Of a stretch of 64,000 nt of DNA, positions 9,600 to 18,219 are shown piece after piece (the first letter of the stretch is position 1; every line of letters begins with the position of its first letter). The stretch is from the NCBI GenBank assembly GCA_016699555.1, contig CP064981.1, positions 554,558 through 618,557 of the forward strand, read 5' to 3'. The stretch is from Candidatus Iainarchaeum sp. GTDB taxonomy: Archaea > Iainarchaeota > Iainarchaeia > Iainarchaeales > VGJJ01. A program made the translations under genes and the position numbers. The notes below the pieces were generated by a model. The model searched no databases. It was not told the origin of the DNA and was given only the letters and a program-made list of their open reading frames with translations.

Positions 9600-9682
9600 C
9601 GCAGCGGGAGAGATTCGAACTCTCGTAGGATCGCTCCTCTAGCTCTCAAGGCTAGTGCGTTTGACCACTCCGCCACCGCTGC
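9600..9682 (-). tRNA. tRNA-Ser (anticodon UGA), long variable arm, no encoded CCA
   Basis: rc reads GCAGCGG..GCTAG CTTGAGA... wait-free form: acceptor GCAGCGG/CCGCTGC, anticodon stem CTAGC/GCTAG with loop CTTGAGA (anticodon TGA), long variable arm, T-arm GAGAG-TTCGAAT-CTCTC, discriminator G. Confidence 0.85.
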
Positions 9683-9743
9683 AGGATTTCTTGAGTGATA
9701 GTACTACCATTAATCTCCTGGAGATGGGATTAAAAATTAGGGG

Positions 9744-9751
9744 TTTAAATA
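9744..9751 (+). promoter_or_regulatory. TATA box (tttaaata) 22 nt upstream of the pilin ATG at 9773
   Basis: Canonical archaeal TATA spacing for a leaderless mRNA. Confidence 0.5.
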
Positions 9752-9772
9752 CGAGAAACGGTTTCTCCGCCT

Positions 9773-10354
9773 ATGGTTTCGAGAAAAAATTCCCTTTCCA
9801 TCAAGGGACAGGGTGCCCTCGAGTATCTGCTGTTGATCGGAGGGGCCGTGCTCATCGCAGTAGTCATTATCTCACTCTTGGCCACGGGGATCATCCCTTA
9901 TGGCAATCAACAGGTCCAGGGCCAAGTCCAGCTCAGCCAGGAAGAGATTTGTCTCCAGTCAGGACTCTTCACTCCCGCCGAATGCGCCGCCATCGACGCC
10001 GGCCTGCCGGGAGATTTCCGCAATTTCAATCTCAGCTATTCCAGCGGCGCACCGCAGAACATTACTCTTTCCTGGGTGTGGCCCGGGGACGATGGGATAT
10101 TGCAGGGAGGAACCATTGCCGGTTATGAATTGCGTTATTCCCCTGCCATTATCACCAACTCCAACTTCTCTTCCGCGACGCCCATTACCGGGCTCGCAGG
10201 CGCATCACCCTTACCCGTACCCGGTCCTGCCGGGAGCGTGGGAAGCTATTCCATCACCCTCCCCCCCGGAGGCTACTATTTCGGGATTCGTGCATTCGAT
10301 GATGTCGTTCCGCCCAATTACTCCGCCAACGTGGTAACGAACCACTATCCATAA
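9773..10354 (+). CDS. archaeal type IV pilin (class III signal peptide) with FN3-like C-terminal domain
   Basis: N-terminus SIKGQGALEYLLLIGGAVLIAVVIISLL matches the archaeal prepilin QxxxEYLLLI motif (PibD/FlaK substrate). C-terminus ITLSWVWPGDDG...GYELRYS...YYFGIRAFDD resembles a fibronectin-III fold. Confidence 0.8.
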   Translation: MVSRKNSLSIKGQGALEYLLLIGGAVLIAVVIISLLATGIIPYGNQQVQGQVQLSQEEICLQSGLFTPAECAAIDAGLPGDFRNFNLSYSSGAPQNITLSWVWPGDDGILQGGTIAGYELRYSPAIITNSNFSSATPITGLAGASPLPVPGPAGSVGSYSITLPPGGYYFGIRAFDDVVPPNYSANVVTNHYP

Positions 10355-10436
10355 TCCTGCTGCCGATGCGACCATTTTGTGCGTATTCGCTCTCGGCGAA
10401 TGCAATATTATAAGCCCTAGCCCCTTTTTGGTGGGT

Positions 10437-12392
10437 ATGCCAGAGATTCCTCCCGAGCAACTGGACAACGAAATGAAAGCCAACCCGTCCGGCACGGACA
10501 CGCGCTATTACATCTCTCCCCCAACGAGTGCAACCACTTCAGGAATCCCTCCCGCGGGCGCACCGCCTGCGCGCGCACCAGAACCGGCTCCAGCAGCCGT
10601 TCCAATACCCACTCCTCCCAAACTCGTCGAACGACCACTCTCGGTTGCGGCGGGGGATTCGTTGACCATTGACGACGCCATTCGCATCATCCAGCAACGC
10701 AAAGACATCCGCTTGGACGAACTCGCGCGACTCGTGGGGTGGAAGCAACCGCACCTCGAAAAGGCATTCAAACTATTGGAAGCGCGCGGCATCCTCGAGT
10801 TGCAGTATCCTCCTTCCCTCGTGCAGAGCCCGCGCATCAATATCCTGCAGCCCCTCCAGGAAAAAATAATCCCCCCACCGCAGGGCAACGTCATCGAAAC
10901 CTATGTGTCTTCGGCCGATCGCGTGGAATCAACGGTGCAGATCATCTCGCTCGCGGACGAGCAGCGGCCATTCTATCACTTGCATGTGCAAACGTATGGG
11001 CCTTACACCAATGCCCTCCTCGATGAGATGCGCGAAGGCGTTGCGGCGCAAGTGCCCATCGAAAACATCGATCTCTCGGATGCGGAGCAAGCCCATTCCC
11101 TCAAAGAAAAATTCCAAGTCGCCGCGCGGAGCGAAATCACCAAACTCTTCGGGAATCTCTCCGAAAACCTCCTGGCGAGCATGGCAGGGCAGCTGTTGCA
11201 CCAATTGTACGGACTGGGAGAGCTCGAACTCATGCTGGCCGATAACTACCTCGAAGAAGTGGCCATCAATTCGTCCAAGTCCCCGGTGACGGTGTATCAT
11301 CTCAAGTACGGCTGGATGAAATCCAACCTCCTCATGAGCGGCGAAGACAGCATCGCCAATCTTTCCTCGCAGATCGGAAGAAAAGTGGGGAGAGAGATCA
11401 CGAACCTCCACCCCATCATGGACGCGCACTTGCTTTCCGGGGATCGTGTGAATGCCACGCTGTTCCCCATCTCCTCGCTCGGAAACACTCTGACCATCCG
11501 CCGCTTCGCCCGCAAGCCATGGACGATCATCGATTTCATCGGCAAAGAAAAGACGATGTCCACGGAAATGGCCGCGTGGCTGTGGATCTCCATGCAGTAC
11601 GAATTGTCCATCCTCGTCGCAGGAAGCACGGCGGCCGGAAAGACGTCCGCGCTCAACGCCCTGCTCTCATTCATCCCCGCGCACCAGCGCGTGATTACGA
11701 TCGAGGACGTGCGCGAGCTCAATCTGCCCGATTACATGAAATGGAATTGGGTCCCCCTCACGACGCGCAATCCCAACCCCGAAGGGAGCGGAGAGGTCTC
11801 CATGCTCAACCTGCTAATTTCCTCTCTGCGTATGCGTCCCGATCGACTGATCGTGGGAGAGATGCGTACGCGCGAGGAAGCCGAAGTATTATTCGAAGCC
11901 ATGCACACGGGGCACAGCGTTTATGCCACCATCCACGCCGACTCGGCGCGTCAGGTATTGCGCCGCCTCATCGAGCCGCCCATCTCCATTCCCCCGCTCG
12001 AAGTCGAGGCCATCGACCTGGTGTTAGTGCAATACCGCGATCGCAAGAGCAACTCGCGTAAGAGCTATGAGATCGCCGAGATCGAAGCCGGTGTCACGGG
12101 AGAACAAGTGGGGATCAATGACGTCTATCGCTGGGTCGCGCGCGGGGACACATGGGAAAAAGTTTCCGAGCCTACGCGTCTCATCCAGAAATTGAATCTC
12201 CACACCGGAATGACGCAACGCGATATCGAGAACGAGGTCGCGGACCGCGTGACCATACTCAACTGGCTCGTGAAGCGCAACTACTCCAACATCAACCAAG
12301 TCGGAAACGCCATGCGCGCATTCTATGCCGATCCCAAGCGCGTGAAGGAAGCGGCGATGGCCGACCAAGACCCCGTACAGGTGCTCGGATGA
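10437..12392 (+). CDS. type IV pilus assembly ATPase (FlaI/PilB/GspE/VirB11 family) with N-terminal wHTH-like region
   Basis: Walker A VAGSTAAGKTSALNAL, Walker B/Asp box RLIVGEMRTREEA, His box HTGHSVYATIHAD. TATA-like aatattata at 10404-10412 sits 25 nt upstream of the ATG at 10437; the ORF-table start 10377 is less likely. Confidence 0.9.
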   Translation: MPEIPPEQLDNEMKANPSGTDTRYYISPPTSATTSGIPPAGAPPARAPEPAPAAVPIPTPPKLVERPLSVAAGDSLTIDDAIRIIQQRKDIRLDELARLVGWKQPHLEKAFKLLEARGILELQYPPSLVQSPRINILQPLQEKIIPPPQGNVIETYVSSADRVESTVQIISLADEQRPFYHLHVQTYGPYTNALLDEMREGVAAQVPIENIDLSDAEQAHSLKEKFQVAARSEITKLFGNLSENLLASMAGQLLHQLYGLGELELMLADNYLEEVAINSSKSPVTVYHLKYGWMKSNLLMSGEDSIANLSSQIGRKVGREITNLHPIMDAHLLSGDRVNATLFPISSLGNTLTIRRFARKPWTIIDFIGKEKTMSTEMAAWLWISMQYELSILVAGSTAAGKTSALNALLSFIPAHQRVITIEDVRELNLPDYMKWNWVPLTTRNPNPEGSGEVSMLNLLISSLRMRPDRLIVGEMRTREEAEVLFEAMHTGHSVYATIHADSARQVLRRLIEPPISIPPLEVEAIDLVLVQYRDRKSNSRKSYEIAEIEAGVTGEQVGINDVYRWVARGDTWEKVSEPTRLIQKLNLHTGMTQRDIENEVADRVTILNWLVKRNYSNINQVGNAMRAFYADPKRVKEAAMADQDPVQVLG

Positions 12393-13279
12393 CGCGCGTC
12401 GGATTCATGCTGTTGACCATCGAACAGGCCAATCGGCTGCCGAGCAACATCCAGGGAGCGGCGGGCAATTTCGCGCGCGTACTGCCATTCCTGGGAGAGG
12501 CATTGCGCTACGCACGGCTCAACATCACCGCCGCGGGTTATCTCGCGGGCGCTATCCTTTCCGCAATGGGATATGCGCTCATCTTCGGGGTGCTATTCGG
12601 GTTCTTGGGATTCATCACGGGCGGGGGAGAAATCATTGCGGGCGTTACGCTTGGAGTCGCGGCGGGTTTTTCGGGTTTCCTAGGGGCATTCGCGGTCCAC
12701 CTCATCTATCCCCGCATCATCGCCCAGAATGCCCGCGCGGGAATCGACCAAGGGCTCATTTTCGCGCTCAAGAGCCTGCTCATCCAAGTGAGCTCGGGGG
12801 TTTCGCTCTACGACTCCATGTCCAACGTCGCCAAGAGCAAGTACGGGACCATCTCCCAAGAATTCCAAACCGTCGTACAGGAAATCAATGCCGGGATGAC
12901 GGAAGCGACCGCACTCGAAAGGCTTGCGTTGCGCACCGAATCCGAATTCCTCAAGAAGACCGTATGGCAACTCGTCACGAGCCTGCGCACCGGCTCTTCC
13001 GTCGCCAGTGCGCTGCAGGCGATCGTGAACACGCTCACCGAATACCAGTCGCGCGTGATCAAGAGTTACGCGGCAGAGCTCAACCTCTACATCCTCATGT
13101 ATCTCCTCATCGCGGCTGCGTTGCCCACGATCGGAATCACGTTCATGGTCATCCTCTCCGCCGTCGGCGGAAACGAAATCAGCGAGGGGACCATTTTCAT
13201 GGCCGTTGGAAGCGCACTGGTCATCCAAGTGGTGATGATCGGGTTCATCCGCACACGCGCGCCGCAGGGGATGTTCTAG
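12389..13279 (+). CDS. pilus platform membrane protein (FlaJ/TadB/GspF-like, T2SS-F domain)
   Basis: Polytopic membrane protein immediately after the ATPase; ATG overlaps the ATPase stop (gATGAcg), suggesting translational coupling. Topology and position fit TadB/FlaJ. Confidence 0.7.
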   Translation: MTRVGFMLLTIEQANRLPSNIQGAAGNFARVLPFLGEALRYARLNITAAGYLAGAILSAMGYALIFGVLFGFLGFITGGGEIIAGVTLGVAAGFSGFLGAFAVHLIYPRIIAQNARAGIDQGLIFALKSLLIQVSSGVSLYDSMSNVAKSKYGTISQEFQTVVQEINAGMTEATALERLALRTESEFLKKTVWQLVTSLRTGSSVASALQAIVNTLTEYQSRVIKSYAAELNLYILMYLLIAAALPTIGITFMVILSAVGGNEISEGTIFMAVGSALVIQVVMIGFIRTRAPQGMF

Positions 13280-13280
13280 C

Positions 13281-14309
13281 ATGAATGCATTGCTCTATCG
13301 CATGGCGCGCAGCCTCCCCGTTTCCCTCCAGAAACGCGCGCAATCATTCGTGCGCGAGGCCGGAGGAGAAATCGATTCGTCGGTGTGGCTGGCCAAGACA
13401 TTGCTCTTGGCGCTATTCGGAGGAATCCTCCTCGCGTTCGTGATGGCATGGCAGGTCGACTTCCTCAACGAGTGGTTGCGCACCCTGCGTGCGGGATTCG
13501 CGTTGGATCCCAGCGTCGCGGGAATCATCGGTTTCGTCGTGGGATTGGGTTTGGCTGTGGCATTCCGCTATGTGCAGATTTACTACCTCACCGAAGCCCG
13601 TTCGCGCACGGTCGAAAACATCCTGCCGGATTTCCTCTTGTTGGTCGCGGGGAACATCCGCGCGGGAATGACCAGTTTCTCCGCATTCCGCGGGAGCGCA
13701 CGCCCGGAGTTCGGAGCGCTCAGCGAAGAGATCAAAGCCGTGAGCGCTCGCTCGCTGGGAGTCGAATCATTCACGGAAGCGCTGTCGACGATCTCCAATA
13801 AGATCAAGTCGCGCAATCTCACTGAAACGGTTGGATTCTTCCTCCAGGCCATGAAGAGCGGCGGAAGGCTCGCGCAGTTGTTGGAAAATACTTCTGCTGA
13901 CTTACGCCGGACGCAAGACCTCAAAAAAGAACTCCAAGCCGCGACGGCCACCTATGTCATCTTCGTGGGGTTCGTCATCGTCATCGCGACCCCTCTCCTG
14001 ATGGCCGTGAGCGTGGAATTCGTCGAGCTCATCGGCAAGATCCAAGGGCAATCCATCGCCAGCGGCGCCCAAGAGCTTGCGGGAACGGGTTTCGTCGGGG
14101 GAAAGGTTTCCATCACTCCTGAGTTCCTGACGGGAATCGCCTATATCCTGCTCTTCGGCAACTCGATCCTAGCGGGGTTATTCATGGGGACCATTGGCAG
14201 CAGCAAACCACTATTGGGCTTGCGTTATACGCTGCCGATGTTTGCGATATCCCTCGTCGTATTCTTCATCTCCAAGCAATTCCTCAAAGGGCTATTGGGG
14301 TTGGGATGA
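13281..14309 (+). CDS. second pilus platform membrane protein (FlaJ/TadC-like)
   Basis: Paralogous polytopic membrane protein starting 1 nt after the previous stop; a TadB/TadC-like split pair. Confidence 0.7.
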   Translation: MNALLYRMARSLPVSLQKRAQSFVREAGGEIDSSVWLAKTLLLALFGGILLAFVMAWQVDFLNEWLRTLRAGFALDPSVAGIIGFVVGLGLAVAFRYVQIYYLTEARSRTVENILPDFLLLVAGNIRAGMTSFSAFRGSARPEFGALSEEIKAVSARSLGVESFTEALSTISNKIKSRNLTETVGFFLQAMKSGGRLAQLLENTSADLRRTQDLKKELQAATATYVIFVGFVIVIATPLLMAVSVEFVELIGKIQGQSIASGAQELAGTGFVGGKVSITPEFLTGIAYILLFGNSILAGLFMGTIGSSKPLLGLRYTLPMFAISLVVFFISKQFLKGLLGLG

Positions 14310-14393
14310 GCCGCTGCCGTAAGACATCATTTATATAGCTGAAGGGGTTTGCTCTCTACAAGATGGGCATGGCCCACCAGGAGATGTGTTAAT

Positions 14394-14852
14394 ATGTTTT
14401 CGAGGAGAGGACAGGGTACCACGGAGTACTTGATTATTTTAGCGATTGTGATTGTGATTGCATTGGTTGTCGTAGGTGTTTTGGGCGGATTCGGTTCGCA
14501 AGGAAGCGCCATCAACGCATCCCAAAGCCGATCATACTGGGGAACGGTTCAGCCGCTTGCCGTAACCGATTGGTTGATTTCGCAGACCGGTACGGGAAGC
14601 TCATTGGTTTTCAAGAATTTGACCGCGAACACGATTACGCTGACGGATTTGAATTGGAATGGTGCCGCCATCAATATCACGGATGTCAACATTTCCGCTG
14701 GCGCCACGGCTACCGTCACCAGTACGAGCATGACATGCGGAAGCAATACCGGACAGAATTTTTCGCGAACATTCTCATACACCTACAATACCGCCGATTT
14801 GACGGGATTGAAAGTATATGGCTCCTCCCCCATCGTGGGAAGCTGCCAGTAA
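14394..14852 (+). CDS. type IV pilin (class III signal peptide), tandem paralog 1
   Basis: MFSRRGQGTTEYLIILAIVIVIALVVVGVLGG... followed by a beta-rich domain ending GSCQ. Confidence 0.85.
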   Translation: MFSRRGQGTTEYLIILAIVIVIALVVVGVLGGFGSQGSAINASQSRSYWGTVQPLAVTDWLISQTGTGSSLVFKNLTANTITLTDLNWNGAAINITDVNISAGATATVTSTSMTCGSNTGQNFSRTFSYTYNTADLTGLKVYGSSPIVGSCQ

Positions 14853-14896
14853 TCGCATAACGGATGGAGCGAGTGCTCCATTCCATTTTTTTTTAG

Positions 14897-15367
14897 GTGA
14901 ATGGCATGCAACCAATACGCGCACGCGGGCAGGGTACCACGGAGTACTTGATTATTTTAGCCATTGTGATTGTGATTGCATTGGTTGTCGTAGGTGTTTT
15001 GGGCGGATTCGGTTCGCAGGGGAGTGCAGTTAGTGCCTCGCAGAGCCGATCCTATTGGACGACGCTCCAGCCCTTTGCTCTAATCGATTGGTCGGTTCCC
15101 GCGAGCGGGACAGGGTCTTTAGTGCTCAAGAACGTTTCGACAAATTCTATTACCATTACCGACGTCAATTGGAATAATTCCGCTGTTGACGTTACGGATG
15201 TGACACTGCTAGCCAATCAGACGACCACGATCAGCAGCTCACGCTTCACCTGCAACAATTCGACCGGACAATCGTATGCATTGCAGGTCGGTTTTACCTA
15301 CAGCACTTCCGCCCTTACCGGCATCAAGTTCTATGGGCGCACTCCCTTAGTGGGAAGCTGCCAGTAA
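14897..15367 (+). CDS. type IV pilin (class III signal peptide), tandem paralog 2
   Basis: N-terminus nearly identical to 14394 (RGQGTTEYLIILAIVIVIALVVVGVLGGFGSQGSA); divergent middle; same C-terminal ...VGSCQ. Confidence 0.85.
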   Translation: MNGMQPIRARGQGTTEYLIILAIVIVIALVVVGVLGGFGSQGSAVSASQSRSYWTTLQPFALIDWSVPASGTGSLVLKNVSTNSITITDVNWNNSAVDVTDVTLLANQTTTISSSRFTCNNSTGQSYALQVGFTYSTSALTGIKFYGRTPLVGSCQ

Positions 15368-15428
15368 TCCACTGCATTGCGTTCTGCGATTAAAAAAAGA
15401 AAAGAATGGAAGCGGGCTTCCGCTCCCA

Positions 15429-15698
15429 TTATTTCATTTCCTTCGCCACGAGCAGGAATCCTATCAACAATAGGGTTTCGGCCAAGAGGTGGCTGAAGAG
15501 CGTGTGGAATACCCCGATGTGCGCCAACACGAACCCGAGCTCGGCGATCGCATAGAACGCAAACAGCGTGCCCCAAGCCCCTTTATTGGAGCTGAACGCC
15601 TTTGATGCCAGCCAAACCCCCACGAGCAATGCGATCAAGTGGATGATGATGTATGCTTCATTGGGCAATAAGTTATAGATTTCCAATCCAAATGCCAT
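15429..15698 (-). CDS. small hydrophobic membrane protein
   Basis: Start chosen at MAFGLEIYN, preceded by ggaggag 6 nt upstream; three predicted TM segments. Confidence 0.4.
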   Translation of the reverse strand: MAFGLEIYNLLPNEAYIIIHLIALLVGVWLASKAFSSNKGAWGTLFAFYAIAELGFVLAHIGVFHTLFSHLLAETLLLIGFLLVAKEMK

Positions 15699-15964
15699 AT
15701 TCTCTCCTCCCATGAATCCGGTCGGGATTCCAAGAAGGGAGTGGCCACTTGAATATAAATCACATGAACATAACAAAACAAAATCAGACAATCAACGTTG
15801 AGGGGTAAGGGAATGGGTAAGAGGAAACGAGGGTCTCCCACGAACGTTTTTATACTTCGAAGCCATACTCATTGCACGTATTGGGAGTTAAGGAGGGAAG
15901 CCATACTGCTGAACGCAGATCCCTGGCTCCCTTCTATTAAATTTGCTGATTCTATACCCTCATT

Positions 15965-16447
15965 TCACGAATACGAAATGGGCTTTCGTTGAATGGGTTC
16001 ATCCCCTTTCTCAACGGTCACATCCACAATACATCCGAAAATGAAAATGCCTTCCGGCGAAGGGATTACCCGTGCGAAAATCTTTCCCCAAAAGATATTC
16101 CTGTCGCGGTCGCGGAGCTGCACGGTCAAGCCCGAAATCTGATAGGACTTCGTCAGCTCTTCCAAGAAACGCGAGCGCTCCACGCTATTGACCCAGAACT
16201 CCGGAGAGAGCAAGGGCTGATTGATGAGGTCGAGCGAATTGAACATATTCGTGAGCACGGGATTCACATAATACACGCGCGCCGAAGAGATGGAGTCCTG
16301 TGCCGTGCAGCGGGCCAAGAAAATACCCCAAGGAGCATTGCGCATGAAGTTGTTGAACTCCGCGTCTTTCAGCTGATTCAGCTGCTCCAACTCCCGAATG
16401 CGCGCCTTGAGCCGAGCCCCTTCACGCAGTCCATCGATCTCTTCCAT
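15965..16447 (-). CDS. PAS-like sensor domain protein
   Basis: Region GIFLARCTAQDSISSARVYYVNPVLTNMFN...WVNSVERSRFLEEL...IFWGKIFARVIPS...IFGCIVDVTVEK fits a PAS fold. The ORF-table start at 16579 would overlap tRNA-Ala, so an internal Met (MEEIDGL) is used. Confidence 0.45.
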   Translation of the reverse strand: MEEIDGLREGARLKARIRELEQLNQLKDAEFNNFMRNAPWGIFLARCTAQDSISSARVYYVNPVLTNMFNSLDLINQPLLSPEFWVNSVERSRFLEELTKSYQISGLTVQLRDRDRNIFWGKIFARVIPSPEGIFIFGCIVDVTVEKGDEPIQRKPISYS

Positions 16448-16564
16448 GCAACCACGCAATCGCTTGCGTGCTATAAACCTGCGCCCGAGGGGGTTATGCC
16501 CATTTTTAAACGATTCCCAACCCCATTCTACTATATTCTGATGAATCTTTTCCTGAAAGATTCC

Positions 16565-16636
16565 GGGCAGGTAGCGCAATGGTAGCGCATCCGCTTCGCA
16601 TGCGGAAGGCTGCGGGTTCGAGTCCCGCCCTGTCCA
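16565..16636 (+). tRNA. tRNA-Ala (anticodon CGC), G3:U70 present, no encoded CCA
   Basis: GGGCAGG-TA-GCGC-AATGGTA-GCGC-A-TCCGC-TTCGCAT-GCGGA-AGGCT-GCGGG-TTCGAGT-CCCGC-CCTGTCC-A. Confidence 0.9.
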
Positions 16637-16639
16637 TAC

Positions 16640-16860
16640 ACCGTTCCGTCGGTGTGGTGCGGGAACAGGGATTGCTGCGCAATCCCTGATTTGATGAACC
16701 TTTATCTAAAGGTTCTGGTGCGGTATCCAGGTGCTGCCAGCAGCACCTGTCCTTTCACGCATCTTTCTCAAAGATGCTTCTGGGTCCAGTCCTGTCCATG
16801 GCCGTTTTCGTCCGGCCGCCCCGAGAACGAGTGATTGCCGTTGCAATCACTCCTTTGACC
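16640..16860 (+). repeat. hairpin-dense structured element, family 1 copy A (most complete; six or more stem-loops)
   Basis: Consecutive perfect hairpins: gggattgctgcgcaatccc; gatgaacctttatctaaaggttc; ccaggtgctgccagcagcacctg; gcatctttctcaaagatgc; ggccgttttcgtccggcc; then gccccgagaac + gagtgattgccgttgcaatcactc. Confidence 0.65.
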
Positions 16861-16873
16861 CCATTGTCAAAAA

Positions 16874-17776
16874 CTACTCGTACACCCACTGCGTGGATTG
16901 GATGACGTTGATGTCTTTTCCCATGATGCTCAATGGCAAGTCATATCCTGCGCGCACGGGCGTCGCATCCGCCGCGGTCTGCCAGCGGATCGAATAATCC
17001 ACTTGCAACGGTGTCATATCGCTGCTATCGTATGGTTGGATGCGCAGGCTTCCTCTATTCTCATCGATCGTGCCAAAGGTCAATGCGATATAGGATGAGG
17101 GAGTGGTGTTGAAATCGATGAGATACGTGTAATCATTGCCCACGCTGCCCCATCCTGTGGCGGTAAAGTCGTGCCCGGAATTGGAGTCCTCGAAGCGAAA
17201 ACGGATGTAGGTGTCTCCGCTCGCGTCGAGCGTCCATGGAGTGAGAGTGACGTATTCGCGGTTCGAGTGGATATTGATATCGATGATTTCGGGAAAATTG
17301 CTCGATTGCTCGGAGTAGATAGTAATACGCGACATATCGATGGGTTGCTTCCACACCGTATTATGGTCCGTCCTCCCGATGATATTCAGGTCTTGCACGA
17401 ATGCATTCAAATCCAGCCACGCCACGATATTGCTATCTTGTCCCAATTTTTGTATCTGGGATTGGTATCGAAGGAGATTCGTATACACGTTCAAATCGCT
17501 CGGCAAGCTACCCCGGAGGAAGAGGTTCACGCCTATATCATTCTGATCCACCACCAGAGATTGATTGAGCAAGGCATTCAAGTCCAAGCGCAGATCCGCG
17601 GATAATTGCGCGGCGCGCGTCTGCTGCCAGACCCGATACTCATTGGCGCGCAGCTCGTGCAAATGACTGGCTTGGAGCTGGGCATACACGACGATGTACA
17701 ATGCCAAGATGAACAATGCAAAACTGAGCACAAATCCTTTTTTGTCAGGAGAAGGTGCAGAGGGAAAGGGAATCAT
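16874..17776 (-). CDS. pilin-like protein (class III signal peptide), last gene of minus-strand pilus operon
   Basis: Start at MIPFPSAPSPDKKGFVLSFALFILALYIVV (charged residues - KG - hydrophobic helix); the ATG overlaps the upstream stop (ATGA). Confidence 0.6.
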   Translation of the reverse strand: MIPFPSAPSPDKKGFVLSFALFILALYIVVYAQLQASHLHELRANEYRVWQQTRAAQLSADLRLDLNALLNQSLVVDQNDIGVNLFLRGSLPSDLNVYTNLLRYQSQIQKLGQDSNIVAWLDLNAFVQDLNIIGRTDHNTVWKQPIDMSRITIYSEQSSNFPEIIDINIHSNREYVTLTPWTLDASGDTYIRFRFEDSNSGHDFTATGWGSVGNDYTYLIDFNTTPSSYIALTFGTIDENRGSLRIQPYDSSDMTPLQVDYSIRWQTAADATPVRAGYDLPLSIMGKDINVIQSTQWVYE

Positions 17777-18219
17777 GCCTGATTCACCCACGTCGTCACG
17801 ATGACTTTGTAGAGATTGGCATCCGGCGGGGAGGAGACGATGACGCCATTGCTCGCGCGCTCTTGTATTCCTGTGGCACTCGTGCACGAGGACTTGGAGA
17901 CGACCAACGTGGGGGCATTCGTGTCAAAATCAGGGTATACGCTCACGCTCGCGCACACGTTCGCGGGCCACGAGTCGAGGAAGGAACGGATCTCCGTGGT
18001 GTTGTTGCCGATGACGGCCTTCGGGATCAAGCGCGATTGCTCGAGCGCAATGCCGGCATAGAATGCCTGCTCGCGCAATCGCGTGCGCTGGCCGAAATCG
18101 ATCCCTTGCTGGGAAATGGTCTCGAATGCGATCCCGATCATCATGAACAACACAAACAGCGCCAGCAGCGCATCCACGGAGATGACGAACCCCTTCTGCT
18201 TTTTTTTCAACGATTTCAT
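17773..18219 (-). CDS. pilin-like protein (class III signal peptide)
   Basis: MKSLKKKQKGFVISVDALLALFVLFMMIGIAF. Confidence 0.65.
   Translation of the reverse strand: MKSLKKKQKGFVISVDALLALFVLFMMIGIAFETISQQGIDFGQRTRLREQAFYAGIALEQSRLIPKAVIGNNTTEIRSFLDSWPANVCASVSVYPDFDTNAPTLVVSKSSCTSATGIQERASNGVIVSSPPDANLYKVIVTTWVNQA

Noticed and set aside
10377-10436. Upstream extension of the pilus ATPase ORF (start at 10377)
   Set aside because: A TATA-like element at 10404-10412 lies inside this extension and is correctly spaced for the ATG at 10437.
16448-16579. N-terminal extension of the PAS-like ORF
   Set aside because: Would overlap tRNA-Ala (16565-16636) on the opposite strand by 15 nt; an internal Met gives a non-overlapping gene.
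16687-16715. Considered box C/D sRNA (tgatgaacc resembles a C box; ctga immediately upstream)
   Set aside because: A matching D box (CUGA) at the expected position is not conserved across copies (ctgg, ctgc, absent) and no guide-length spacer or C'/D' arrangement is evident.
16640-16860. Considered whether the hairpin-dense element after tRNA-Ala is SRP RNA or RNase P RNA (contains GGTGCGGTA and AGCAGC/CAGG-like strings)
   Set aside because: Modules of the element recur at four loci in both orientations; universal SRP helix-8 or RNase P CR-I/CR-V motifs are not present in full; at about 220 nt with perfect short hairpins it is better described as a repeat family. Not fully excluded without a covariance-model search.
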